This document shows positions 10,426-21,724 of a stretch of 64,000 nt of DNA, in pieces. Source of the DNA: an uncultured Chloroflexia bacterium (GTDB taxonomy: Bacteria; Chloroflexota; Limnocylindria; Limnocylindrales; CSP1-4); assembly GCA_963763775.1 (NCBI GenBank), contig CAVXPZ010000003.1:672001-736000 (forward strand), in the 5' to 3' direction. The translations under genes were made by a program, and so were the position numbers. Numbering within the stretch: position 1 is the stretch's first letter; each line of letters opens with the position of its first letter. The notes under the pieces are model-generated. The model saw nothing but the letters and a program-made list of their open reading frames with translations, searched no databases and was not told the DNA's origin.

Positions 10426-11093
10426 CAGACGCGTCCCGCGCGCGCCTGAGCCCACGGCGTCAGGCGCTTCTCGAGCCGGATCAGCAGGAAGTCGGCGATG
10501 AAGGCGAGCGCGACCGAGAGCACCGCGCCCAGGTAGATCTTCGTCGGGAAGAACGTCTGGAGCCCTTCGGTGATGAACTGCCCGAGCCCGCCGAACGAGT
10601 CGCCGAGGATCGACGCCACCGTCGCGAGGCCGATGAGGGTCACGATCGCCAGCCGGATCCCCGCGATCATCAGGGGGACTGCCAACGGGAGCTCGATCCG
10701 GCGGAGCCGCTCCCAGCGCGTGTAGCCCATCGCCTCGGCCGCCTCCAGGACGTCGGCCGGGACGGCCCGGAACCCCTCGGCGTTGTTCCGGATCAGGATC
10801 AGCAGCGTGTACGTGGTGAGCGGGATGATCGCCGTGATCAGCGAGAGGCCGAAGATGGCCCGCAGGAAGGCGAACGCGGCGAGGCTCGGGATCGTGTAGA
10901 GGAGCCCGCTGACGGCGAGCAGCGGGCCGTAGACGCGTGGCTGGCGCACGGCCCAGATCGCGAGGAACAGCGAGACGACGAACCCGATCGCGAGCGGGAT
11001 GAGTACCAGCTCGAGATGCTGGAGCGTTCGCGTCCCGACGTCGTCGAGGTGGCGGCTGATCCAGTCCCAGTCGACGAGCGGCTTGCCTTCCAC
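10425..11093 (-). CDS. Osmoprotectant ABC transporter permease
   Basis: YTIPSLA, EAAEAMG, IELPLA; GTG start; stop/start overlap with the next permease. Confidence 0.9.
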   Translation of the reverse strand: MEGKPLVDWDWISRHLDDVGTRTLQHLELVLIPLAIGFVVSLFLAIWAVRQPRVYGPLLAVSGLLYTIPSLAAFAFLRAIFGLSLITAIIPLTTYTLLILIRNNAEGFRAVPADVLEAAEAMGYTRWERLRRIELPLAVPLMIAGIRLAIVTLIGLATVASILGDSFGGLGQFITEGLQTFFPTKIYLGAVLSVALAFIADFLLIRLEKRLTPWAQARAGRV

Positions 11094-11103
11094 GGTTCGA
11101 CGC

Positions 11104-12330
11104 TCAGCCCGCCACGACGGAGCCGGCGGGGTCGACGGGCGGTTCGTCGAGCTCGGCCTCACCCTCCAGCCCGAACGTCTGGCCGTGGTCGCCCTCGCGC
11201 ATCATCTGGATGATCCGCTCGACGGTCAGGATCCCCTGGACCGCGCCGGTCCGGTCGACCACGATCGCGGCCTGGACGTCGGCGTCGAGCATCATCGAGA
11301 GCGCGTCCTTCAGGGTGGTCCGCTTGTTCACGGACGGCGACACGGGGTTCGCGTGGGCGGCGTCGAGGGCGCCGCTGGTGGGGATCGCGTCCTCCGGGAT
11401 CCAGCCGATCGGCTGTCGGTCGGCGTCGACGAGCAGGAGGTACCCGAACGGCGCCGCGTGCGCCCGGGTCCGGGCCGCCGCGGCATCGTCGCCCACCGTC
11501 CCGATGGCCGGCTGGACGAGGTCGAGATCGCTCACGCGGCTGAGGGCGAGGCGCTTGAGGCCGCGGTCCGCGCCGACGAACCGGGCGACGAACTCGGAGG
11601 CGGGGTTGGCCAGGATGTCCGCCGGGGTCCCGAACTGGGCGACGATCCCGCCTTCCTGGAAGACGGCCACCAGGTCGCCCATCTTGATGGCCTCGTCGAT
11701 GTCGTGGGTCACGAACAGGATCGTCTTGGCCAGCTCCTCCTGGAGCCGGAGGAACTCGTTCTGGAGTCGGTCGCGGACGATCGGGTCCACCGCCCCGAAG
11801 GGTTCGTCCATGAGCATGATCGGCGGGTCCACCGCGAGCGCCCGGGCGACGCCGACGCGCTGGCGCTCGCCGCCCGAGAGCTGGGTCGGGAACCGGTCGC
11901 GATACTTGCCGGGGTCGAGCCCGATGAGCGCGAGCAGCTCGTCGGCGCGCTCGCGCTGTCGCTCCTTGGTCCAGCCCTGGAGCCGGGGCACCGTGGCGAT
12001 GTTCTCGCCGATCGTCTGGTGCGGGAACAAGCCGACCTGCTGGATGACGTACCCGATGCTCCGCCGCAGCTCCGTGAGGTCCCGCGTCGCGGCGTCGACG
12101 CCGTCGATGAGGATCCGGCCGCTCGAGGGCTCGATCAGCCGGTTCACCATCTTCAGGCTGGTGGTCTTGCCGCAGCCGGACGGCCCGACCAGGACGCAGA
12201 TCTTGCCGGCCGGGACCGTCAGCGACAGGTCGTTGACCGCGCCCGGCGTGTTCTTCTGCTTGGTCGCGTCGTAGCGCTTGGTGACGTGCTCGAACTCGAC
12301 GACGGCGGCGCGGTGGGTCGGGGTGGTCAT
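11104..12330 (-). CDS. Osmoprotectant ABC transporter ATP-binding protein with CBS domain
   Basis: GPSGCGKTT, LSGGERQRVG, LMDEPF, VTHD, C-terminal CBS-like region. Confidence 0.93.
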   Translation of the reverse strand: MTTPTHRAAVVEFEHVTKRYDATKQKNTPGAVNDLSLTVPAGKICVLVGPSGCGKTTSLKMVNRLIEPSSGRILIDGVDAATRDLTELRRSIGYVIQQVGLFPHQTIGENIATVPRLQGWTKERQRERADELLALIGLDPGKYRDRFPTQLSGGERQRVGVARALAVDPPIMLMDEPFGAVDPIVRDRLQNEFLRLQEELAKTILFVTHDIDEAIKMGDLVAVFQEGGIVAQFGTPADILANPASEFVARFVGADRGLKRLALSRVSDLDLVQPAIGTVGDDAAAARTRAHAAPFGYLLLVDADRQPIGWIPEDAIPTSGALDAAHANPVSPSVNKRTTLKDALSMMLDADVQAAIVVDRTGAVQGILTVERIIQMMREGDHGQTFGLEGEAELDEPPVDPAGSVVAG

Positions 12331-12468
12331 CTTCGCCGTGGCTCCCGCTCGACTGGCCGATCCTGACGCCGGTGTCCGCGAACCGTACACCGATGGTCCG
12401 CGGCGATGCCACCCCGACTGCGCGATACTGCCCATCGTGTTGGTGCCCGGCGCCCGAGGGCGCGACCG

Positions 12469-13579
12469 ATGAAGATCACGTCGATCCGCCTGGACCGGCT
12501 GGTGCTGCCGCTCGACCCGCCGTTCCCGGCCGCGTGGGACCCGGTGCCGCGTCGGAGTTTCGCCGCCACGATCGTCCGCGTCGAGACCGATGAGGGCGTC
12601 GTCGGCGTCGGGTCCGGCGACACGATGGACGGCTTCGAGGCGTTCGAGCACCTGTTCCTCGGCCACGACCCGCTCGCGATCGCCCGGCATGTCCGCGCGC
12701 TGGAGACCATCGACTTCCATGCCGGGCGGTTCTGGCCGCTCGAGGTGGCGCTCTGGGACATCGTCGGCCAGGTCGCCGGGCTGCCGGTCGCCACGCTGTT
12801 CGGCGGCGCGCTCGACGGGCTGCCCGTCTACGCGTCGTGCGGGATGCTGCTCGAGCCGGCCGCCCGGGCCGAATCGGCCGTACGGCTCCGCGAGGAAGGC
12901 TTCCAGGCGCTGAAGATCCGGGTCGACCCCCGCGACCTCGAGCGCGGGATCGCCGCGGTCACGGCCACGCGCCACGCCATCGGCGACACCATGGCGATCA
13001 TGGTCGACCTCAACCAGGGCTGGCGGATGCCGGGCGACACGTCGCGGTCCGTGGACCCGGTGACGGCGCGGGAGATCGCGGTCCGGCTCGCGGAGCTCGG
13101 CGTGCTGTGGCTCGAGGAGCCACTCGCCGGCACGGACCTCGTCGGGGCTGGCCGCGCTGCGCGCCTCGGCGCCCGGCGTGCGGATCGCCGGCGGCGAGAT
13201 GACGCGGACGTTCGGCGAACTGCTCGACGCCATCGAGGCCGACGCGTTCGACGTCCACCAGCCCGATGTCGTCCTGGCCGCCGGGATGCTGCGCACGCGG
13301 ACCGTCGCCGAGGTCGCGATGGCCCGCAATCGCTGGTTCACGCCGCATACGTGGACGAACGGGATCGGCCTGCTCGCGAACCTGCACGTCGTCGCGGGCG
13401 TCGGCGGCGGCCCGTTCCTGGAGTTCCCGTACGACCCGCCCGGATGGACCCCGGAGCGCCGCGACTTCATGCTCGCGGAGCCCGTCCGACCCGGCCCCGA
13501 CGGGGTGCTGCGGGTGCCGGTCGGCCCAGGCCTTGGGATCGTCCTCGACGAGACGGCGATCCGCCGGCACGTCGCATGA
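12469..13579 (+). CDS. Mandelate racemase/muconate lactonizing (enolase superfamily) enzyme, frameshift near 13145
   Basis: ALWDIVGQ, KIR, MVDLNQ, WLEEP, then GGE, QPD, HTW, LEFP, GPGLG in a second frame. Confidence 0.88.
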
Positions 13580-15077
13580 CCGCGACCACCGCCGCCGACT
13601 GGATCGGGCGCGCCGCGACCATCGATCCGCGGACGGAGGCGTTCATCGACGGCCGGTTCGTCGCCGCGGTGTCCGGCCGCACGTTCGACGACATCGCGGG
13701 CCGCGACGGGTCGGTCATCGCCCGTGTCGCCGAGGGCGGCGAGCCGGACGTCGACGCAGCGGTCGCCGCTGCGCGGCGCGCGTTCGAGGACCGTCGCTGG
13801 GCGGACCAGCGCCCGCGGACCGCAAGCGGGTCCTCCTCCGCCTCGCCGACCTGCTCCGCGAGAACCTCGACGAGCTCGCGCTCCTCGAGTCGCTCGACGT
13901 GGGCAAGCCGATCCGCGACACGCTGCGCGTCGACGTGCCGAGCGCGGCGACGACCTTCCAGTGGTATGCCGAGACCATCGACAAGACCTACGGCGAGGTT
14001 GGCCCCACAGGCCCGGACGCCCTGTCGCTGGTCACGCGCGAGCCGATCGGCGTGGTCGCCGCGATCGTGCCGTGGAACTACCCGCTGATCATCACGGCCT
14101 GGAAGCTGGGAGCCGCGCTGGCGACGGGCAACTCGGTCGTGCTGAAGCCGGCCTCGCAGTCGCCGTTGACGGCCTTGCGTCTCGCCGAGCTGGCCGCTGA
14201 AGCCGGACTGCCGGACGGCGTCCTCAACGTCGTGCCCGGACCCGGTGCCGTCCTCGGACGCGCGCTCGCCCGCCACCCGGACGTCGACAAGATCGCCTTC
14301 ACCGGCTCGACGGAGGTCGGACGCGCGCTCCTGCGCGAGATCGGCGACACGAGCCTCAAGGCGGTCACGCTGGAGGCCGGCGGCAAGAGCCCGCAGGTGG
14401 TCTTCGCCGACGTCGGCGACCTCGAGGCTGCGGCATCGGCCATCGGGTGGGGGATCTTCTACAACAGCGGGCAGACGTGCAACGCGGGCTCGCGGCTGGT
14501 GGTCCACGCCTCGGTGCGCGACGAGCTCGTGGAGCGGATCGCAACGCTTGGCCGGACCCTGGCACCCGGCGAGCCCCTGGACCCGAAGACGAAGCTCGGG
14601 TCGATCGTGGACGCGCGACAGCTCGAACGCGTGCTCGGGTACGTGGACCTGGGCCGGAGCGAAGGCGCGCGCGTCGTCGCCGGCGGCGAGCGGGTGCTCG
14701 AGGAGACCGGCGGCTTCTACGTCGCGCCGACGATCCTCGACGGTGTCGACAACCGGTGGCGCGTCGCGCGCGAGGAGATCTTCGGGCCGGTGCTGACGGT
14801 GACCACCTTCGAGGACGAGGCTGACGCCATCGCGATCGCCAACGACTCGCCGTTCGGCCTGGCGGCCGGCATCTGGACGCGCGACGTCAATCGCGCCCAT
14901 CGCATCGCCCGGCGCATCCGGGCCGGCACCGTCTGGGTGAATACCTTCGACACGGCCGACATCACCGTGCCGTTCGGCGGCTTCAAGCAGTCCGGGTTCG
15001 GGCGCGACAAGGGGTTGCACGCGCTCGACGGGTACACCCAGCTCAAGACGACCTGGTTCGACCTGTCCGGGTCGTGA
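13576..15077 (+). CDS. Aldehyde dehydrogenase (PuuC/betaine-aldehyde-like), frameshift near 13812
   Basis: PWNYP, LKPAS, FTGSTEVG, LEAGGKSP, NSGQTC, EEIFGPV, PFGGFKQSG. Confidence 0.93.
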
Positions 15078-15087
15078 GGGCTGCGGC

Positions 15088-16659
15088 ATGACCGACGAAC
15101 TCCCCCAGTCGCCGGAGGTCGGTGCCCGCCGGCGTCGGACCGGCGGTCACGGCGGCGGCGGCGAGCGAAGCCGGCTCCCACCGCAGCGGCCGTGGGCGCA
15201 GCCGCGGCTTCGCTACCGCCCGACGGAGGTCGTGTCGGCGGACGAGCTGGAGGCCATCCACCTCGGCTCGCTCCGGGTGCTCGACGAGATCGGGATGGAC
15301 TTCCTCGACCCGGAGGCGCGGGAGCTGCTTCGCGCTGCCGGGGCGCGGGTGTCGCCGGATGGCGAGCGCGTGCGCTTCGACCCGGACATGGTCGTCGAGC
15401 GGATCCGGACGGCGCCGCCGTCGTTCACCCTCCATGCCCGCAACCCCGAGCACGACCTGGTCATCGGCGGCGACCACGTGGCGTTCGGGTCCGTGGCCAG
15501 CCCACCGAACGTCGCCGACCTCGACCACGGCCGTCGGGCCGGCAACCGCGTCGACTACCAGAACCTGGTCCGGCTGAGCCAGATGCTCAACGTCGTCCAC
15601 TTCATGTCGGGCTACCCCGTCGAGCCGATCGACCTCCATCCGTCGATCCGTCACCTCGACGCGATCCACGATCTGCTGACGCTGACCGACAAGACGATCC
15701 ACGCCTACAGCCTCGGCCGCCAACGGAACCGCGACGCCCTCGAGATGGTGCGGATCGCGCGCGGCATCGACGACGCCACGCTCGAGCGCGAGCCGTCGAT
15801 CTTCACGGTCATCAACTCCAGCTCGCCGCTGCGCCTCGACCTGCCGATGCTCCAGGGCATCCTCGAGTTCTCGTCGCGCAACCAGGTGATCGTGATGACG
15901 CCGTTCACGCTCGCCGGCGCGATGGCGCCCGTGACGCTCGCTGGGGCGCTCGCCGAGCAGAATGCCGAGGCGCTCGCCGGGATCGTGCTGACCCAGGTCG
16001 TCCGGCCCGGCGCGCCGGTCGTCTACGGCGGGTTCACCTCGAACGTGGACATGCAGTCCGGCGCCCCGGCGTTCGGGACACCGGAGTACATGCGGACCGC
16101 GATGATCGGCGGGCAGCTGGCGCGGCGGTACGGACTCCCGTACCGCTCGTCGAACGTCTCGGCCGCCAACGCGCTCGATGCCCAGGCCGCCTACGAGTCG
16201 GTGTTCGCGCTGTGGGGCGCGATCATGGGCGGGGTCAACCTGCTCATGCACGGCGCAGGCTGGATGGAAGGCGGGCTCCACGCCGGATACGAGAAGATGA
16301 TCCTCGACGCCGAGCTGCTCGGGATGGTCGCGGCGTTCCTCGACCCGGTGGTCGTGGACGAGGACACGCTGGCCTTCTCCGCGATGCAGGAGGTCGGACC
16401 GGGCGGGCACTTCTTCGGCGCCGAGCACACGCAATCGCGGTTCCGGACCGCGTTCCACAAGCCGATGCTGTCCGACTGGCGGAACTACGAGTCCTGGCAG
16501 GAGGCGGGCAGCCCGGAGGCGCCGGCCAAGGCCAATGCGATCTGGAAGGAGCTGCTCGCGTCCTACGAGCCGCCGCCGATCGACGCGGCCGTCGCCGAGG
16601 AGCTCGACGCGTTCGTCGCTCGCCGCAAGGCCGAGGGCGGCGTCCCGACCGACTACTGA
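15088..16659 (+). CDS. Trimethylamine methyltransferase (MttB) superfamily protein, non-pyrrolysine
   Basis: INSSSPL, TPFTLAGAMAPVT, FTSNVDMQSGAPAFGTPE, DAQAAYES, HGAGWMEGGL, GPGGHFFG; no in-frame TAG. Confidence 0.93.
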   Translation: MTDELPQSPEVGARRRRTGGHGGGGERSRLPPQRPWAQPRLRYRPTEVVSADELEAIHLGSLRVLDEIGMDFLDPEARELLRAAGARVSPDGERVRFDPDMVVERIRTAPPSFTLHARNPEHDLVIGGDHVAFGSVASPPNVADLDHGRRAGNRVDYQNLVRLSQMLNVVHFMSGYPVEPIDLHPSIRHLDAIHDLLTLTDKTIHAYSLGRQRNRDALEMVRIARGIDDATLEREPSIFTVINSSSPLRLDLPMLQGILEFSSRNQVIVMTPFTLAGAMAPVTLAGALAEQNAEALAGIVLTQVVRPGAPVVYGGFTSNVDMQSGAPAFGTPEYMRTAMIGGQLARRYGLPYRSSNVSAANALDAQAAYESVFALWGAIMGGVNLLMHGAGWMEGGLHAGYEKMILDAELLGMVAAFLDPVVVDEDTLAFSAMQEVGPGGHFFGAEHTQSRFRTAFHKPMLSDWRNYESWQEAGSPEAPAKANAIWKELLASYEPPPIDAAVAEELDAFVARRKAEGGVPTDY

Positions 16660-16682
16660 CCCGTGACACGGAAAGGACCCGG

Positions 16683-19158
16683 ATGAAGACCTCGGCCCAG
16701 GTGGTGGTGATCGGCGGCGGCGTCGTCGGCGCGAGCGTGCTGTACCACCTGACCAAGCTCGGCTGGACCGACGTGATGCTCCTCGAGCGACGCGAGCTGA
16801 CGGCCGGCTCGACGTGGCACGCCGCCGGCGGGATGCACACGCTGAACGGCGATCCCAACGTCGCGCGGCTCCAGCAGTACACGATCCAGCTGTACGAGGA
16901 GATCGAGCGGGTCTCCGGCCAGGACTGCTCGATCCACCTGCCGGGCGGCTTGATGCTCGCCGACACCGAGGTCCGGATGGACTGGCTGCGGATGGCCCAG
17001 GCTCGCGGCCGGTACCTGGGCATGGAGCTCGACCTCATCACTCCCAACGAGGCCCGGGACGTCTTCCCGCTGCTCGACCCGCAGTACTTCGTCGGGGCGC
17101 TGTACGACCCGGTCGAGGGGCACGTGGACCCGACGGGTGTCACGCGCGCGTACGTGAAGTGCGCCCAGCTGGCCGGGGCCGAGGTCGTCCAGCACACCCC
17201 GGTCGTCGGGCTGTCGCAGCGGCCGGACGGGACCTGGGACGTGCGGGTGGAGAGCGGCGACGTCGTCCACGCCGAGCACGTGGTCAACGCGGGAGGCCTG
17301 TGGGCGCGCGAGGTCGGCCGCATGGTCGGCATCGAGCTGCCGGTGCTCGCGATGGAGCACATGTACCTCCTGACCGAGGACATGCCCGAGGTCGCCGCCA
17401 ACGTCGCGCGGACCGGCAAGGAGATGCCGATGGCGCTCGACTTCGCCGGCGAGATCTACATCCGCCAGGAAGGCGGGGCGATGCTCCTCGGCACGTACGA
17501 GCAGGCGTGCGTGCCGTGGTCGCCGCGGGAGACGCCGTGGGACTTCGGGTCGCAGTTGCTCAAGCCGGACCTCGACCGGATCACGCCCGAGCTGTCCGTG
17601 GCGTTCAAGCACTACCCGGCGATGGGCACGATCGGGATCAAGCGCGTCGTCAACGGGCCATTCACGTTCTCGCCCGATGGGAACCCGCTCGTGGGGCCGG
17701 TCCGCGGCCTCCGCGGGTACTGGGTGGCCTGCGGCGTCATGGCGGGGCTGTCCCAGGGTGGCGGTGTTGGCCTCGCCCTCGCGACCTGGATGACGAGCGG
17801 GGACCACGGCGACTCGGGGATGGATATCTGGGCGATGGACGTCGCCCGGTATGGCGACTACGCCACGCTCGCGTACACGAACGCGAAGGTCCAGGAGAAC
17901 TACCGGCGCCGGTTCCGCATCACCTTCCCCAACGAGGAGCTGCCGGCCGGGCGGCCACTCCTGACCACCCCGATCCGAGACCGTCTGACCGACGCGAACG
18001 CCGTGTGGGGCGCGACGTTCGGGCTGGAGCACGCGTTGTGGTTCCAGCGGCCGGGCCTCGACCCGGTCGAGGAGGTCACGTTCCGCCGGTCCAACGCGTG
18101 GGACCTCGTGGCCGAGGAGGTCGCCGCGGTCCGCGAGCGGGTGGGCATGACCGAGATCTCCAACTACGCGAAGTACCGGGTCACGGGCGACGGCGCCGAG
18201 GCCTGGCTCTCGTCACTGCTCACGGCGAGGATGCCGGCGCCGGGCCGCATCACCCTCACCGCGATGCTCAACGAGGCGGGCCGCATCGTCGGCGAGTTCA
18301 CGGTGGCCCGCGCCACGGAGGCGGCCGAATACCACCTGTTCGGCTCGCTGCCGGCGGAGGTCCACCACTCGCGCTGGTTCCGGCACCACCTCCCGGCGGA
18401 CGGCTCGGTCCGCTTCGACGTCCTTGGGCTCGGCCTTGTGGGACTGTCCGTGGCCGGGCCTCGGTCGCGCGAGGTGCTGGCGGCCGTCGCGCCGGACCTC
18501 GACCTCTCGACCGAGGCGTTCCCGTTCATGACGTTCCGGCGGGTCGACCTGGGCACGGTCCCGGCGCACGTCGCGCGGATCAATTACGCGGGGGACCTGG
18601 GGTACGAGCTGTGGGTCGCGCCCGAGTATCAGCGGGTCCTGTTCGATGCGATCGTCGCGGCCGGCGAGCCGCACGGGCTTGCGCCTCTTCGGGATGCGGG
18701 CCCTGATGTCGCTGCGGCTCGAGAAGGGCTACGGGACGTGGTTCCGGGAGTATCGGCCGATCTACACGCCGCTCGAAGGCGGCATCACCCGGTACCTGAG
18801 GCTCGACCACGACTTCATCGGCCGGGCGGCGCACGAGGCAGAGGTGGCGCGCGGTGGTCCGGACCGGCGGCTCGTGACGTTCGTCGTCGACCCGGACCCC
18901 GACGATCCGGCGGATGTCATCGGCGACGAGCCGGTCTGGCATGGCGGCGAGGTCGTCGGCTGGATCACGTCGGGGGGGTACGGCCACCACGTCGGGAAGT
19001 CCATCGCGCTCGGGTACGTGCCGACGGCGTTGGCGACACCGGGCGCTGCGGACGCCGAAGGCGGCCGGTTCGAGATCGAGATCATCGGGCGACGCCGACC
19101 GGCCCGGCTCCAGCCCGAGCCGCTGTTCGACCCACAGGGCGTCCGGATGCGCCAGTGA
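16683..19158 (+). CDS. GcvT-family FAD-dependent dimethylglycine/sarcosine dehydrogenase, frameshift near 18680
   Basis: IGGGVVG, GSTWHAAG (covalent FAD His), NGPFTFSPDG, GDLGYELW, SLRLEKGY, TSGGYG. Confidence 0.92.
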
Positions 19159-21342
19159 CCGAGGGCCGGGCTGCGGCCGAGGGTCGCGTCGTCGTCGACG
19201 GACGACTGATCGCCTTCGAGCCGGGCGACAGCGCCGCCGTCGCGATCCTGCGCGCCGGCGAGGTGCCCGGGCGGGGCGGGACGCTCTGCCTGGCCGGCGA
19301 CTGCGGGAACTGCCTGGGGATCGTGGACGGGGTGGCCTATGTGCGGACGTGCCAGGTGGCGGCCCGGGACGGCATGGCGGTGTCGCGGCACCCGAGTCAC
19401 GGGAACCCGCCACTCCCCGACGGCGCGCGGGAGGGCGAGGTCGTCGTGGAGCGGCGTCACGCCGGGCTCGTGGTCATCGGTGGTGGACCCAGCGGCCGAG
19501 AAGCCGCGGCGGGCCGGCCCGGGGCGCTCGTCCTTGACGCCGCCGCGGGCGAGGAGGTCGTCGCGGTCTATCCGGGCCCGACCGTCATCGTCCGGACGCC
19601 GGACGGCATGTCGCACGTCGAGGCCGACGCGATCGTCATCGCGACCGGCGCGGCCGAGATCCAGCCGGTCTGCCAGGGGAACGAGCTCGCGGGGATCCTG
19701 ACGGTGCGGGCCGCGGAGCGGACTGCGAGCCGCGGGCGTGGGCCTCGAGGCGCCGGTCGTGTCCGTCGGTCCCGAACTGGTTCGCTTCGTCGGCGATGAC
19801 GCCGGCCACCTCCGCGCGGTCGTGACCGCGACCGACGACGGCACCGAACGCGAGACGCCGGCTCGGACGGCCATCGTGGACCTCGGGCTGGCGCCTCGTG
19901 ACGTCCTCGCCCGGATGGCGGGACCGTCCGTGCCCGTCACGGTCGTCGGCGACGCCGCCGCCGACCACCCGCTGCCGCCACCCCCGGCCGACCCGGACGC
20001 CGTCGTCTGCCGCTGCATGGGCGTGACGGTCGGCGACCTCGACGAGGCGTGGTCCAGGGGCTTCACCGAGCTCGAGCTGCTCAAGCGCGCGACGCTCGCC
20101 GGCATCGGGACGTGCCAGGGCGGCGCGTGCCTGCCCCACGTCCGCTCCTGGATCGCCGCGCGGACCGGCACCGTGCCCGATCCGTTCACCGCTCGCCCGG
20201 CCTCGCGCCAGATCACCCTCGCCGAGGCGGCCGCCGACGTCACGGTCGATGCGTTCCGGCGGACGCCGCTCCACGAGGAGCACCTCGCGCTCGGGGCGCG
20301 GATGGACCGCTTCGGCGGCTGGTGGCGACCGTGGCACTACGGCGATGCCGTCGCCGAGTACTGGGCGGTCCGCGAGCGTGTCTCGATCGGCGATGTCTCG
20401 ACGCTCGGCAAGCTCATCGTCTCGGGGCCGGACGTCGTGGAGGCGCTCGAGCGGATCTACCCGTGCCACGTGGCGGACATCAAGCCCGGCCGCTCGCGCT
20501 ACGCGCTGCTGCTCAACGAGCGCGGCCATGTCATGGATGACGGCATGATCCTGCGCGAGTCCGAGACGCGGTTCGCGCTCTCGTTCACGTCCGGCGGCGC
20601 CGCCAACGCCGAGATGTGGCTGCGCGACTGGATCGATACATGGGGACTCCGCGTCCACGTCATGGACCGGACGATGTCGCTCGCGGCGATCAACGTCACG
20701 GGGCCGCTCGCCGGGGAGCTGCTTCGCCGCCTCGGCCTCGCCGAGCCGCCGCGGTTCCTCGGCCACGTCCACGCGGATGTGGCCGGCGTCCCATGCCACG
20801 CGATGCGCCTGTCGTTCACGGGTGAGGCCGCGTGGGAGCTGCACCACCCGGTCGACCGCTCGGTCGAGCTGTGGCGGGCCCTCATGGCGGCGGGCGCGGA
20901 CCTCGGGATCGCGCCGCACGGCCTCCAGGCGCTGTTCGGCTGCCGGCTCGAGAAGGGCCACGTCATCGTCGGGATGGACACCGAGCTCGACACGACCCCG
21001 CGGCGCATCGGGATGGAGTGGGCCGCCCGGATGGACAAGCCGCGGTTCATCGGCCGGGCCGCGCTCGAGCGCACCGCGAAGCTCCCTGACGACCGGCGCT
21101 GGGTCGGCTTCTCGATGGAGGGGTCGGCGCCCGTCGAGGGGACGCCGATCTTCGATGCCGACGGGCGCGAGGTCATCGGCAACGTGACGGGGAGCTGGCA
21201 CTCGCCGCTCCTCGGCAAGGCCCTGATGCTCGGCTGGCAGCGCCGGCCGCCGCACCCCGATCGCGTGGTGATCGACGGCCGCGAGGCGGTCGTGACGACG
21301 ACGCCCTTCTACGACCCCGAGGGGCTCCGTGCGCGCGCCTGA
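19155..21342 (+). CDS. Sarcosine-oxidase alpha-like subunit (2Fe-2S + Rossmann + BFD-like 2Fe-2S + GcvT), frameshift near 19730
   Basis: CLAGDCGNC..C, IGGGPSG, CRC..LKR..CQGGAC, TARP, RRTPLH, DVSTLGK, RLEKGH. Confidence 0.85.
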
Positions 21343-21724
21343 CGGGCCGGCCGTCACGGTCGAGCCGCTCGCCGGGCATCGGGTCGTCGCCGAGCCCGTC
21401 GACGATCGACGCGGCTGTCGAGGCGTTGCCCGTCTCGGCGACGGCGTGGCGCGTCGCTCCGGACGAGGTCTTCATCGTGGGGGCCACGGTCCGCATCGAC
21501 GATCCGGACGCCATCGTCGAGGACGAGACCGGCTTCGTCGCCGATCACGGTCGACGTGGACGTCGTCGCGCGCCATACGGAGTGGCCGATGCCGCCCGCC
21601 GGCGGGTTCGCCCAGGGCGCCATCGCGGGCGTCCCAGCCAAGCTCACCTGGTCTCCCGGACGGCCGGGCGAGGATCGTGACCCACGCCGCGTACGTCGCG
21701 GACCTGCTGGACCGGCTGACATGA
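21329..21724 (+). CDS. Sarcosine-oxidase gamma-like subunit, several frameshifts
   Basis: Fragments WRVAPDEV, EDETGF, EWP..FAQGAIAGVPAKL and YVADLLDRL in different frames; position between the alpha and beta genes. Confidence 0.55.
   Translation: MRAPDGPAVTVEPLAGHRVVAEPVDDRRGCRGVARLGDGVARRSGRGLHRGGHGPHRRSGRHRRGRDRLRRRSRSTWTSSRAIRSGRCRPPAGSPRAPSRASQPSSPGLPDGRARIVTHAAYVADLLDRLT

Noticed and set aside
15088-16659. Possible pyrrolysine recoding in MttB
   Set aside because: No in-frame TAG and no pyl genes in the window.
15192-19799. 1535-aa ORF, and similar giant ORFs such as 40742..42490, 57593..60319 and 34568..37786
   Set aside because: Chimeras of off-frame sequence and real genes, produced by high GC (few stops) plus indels; not real fusions.
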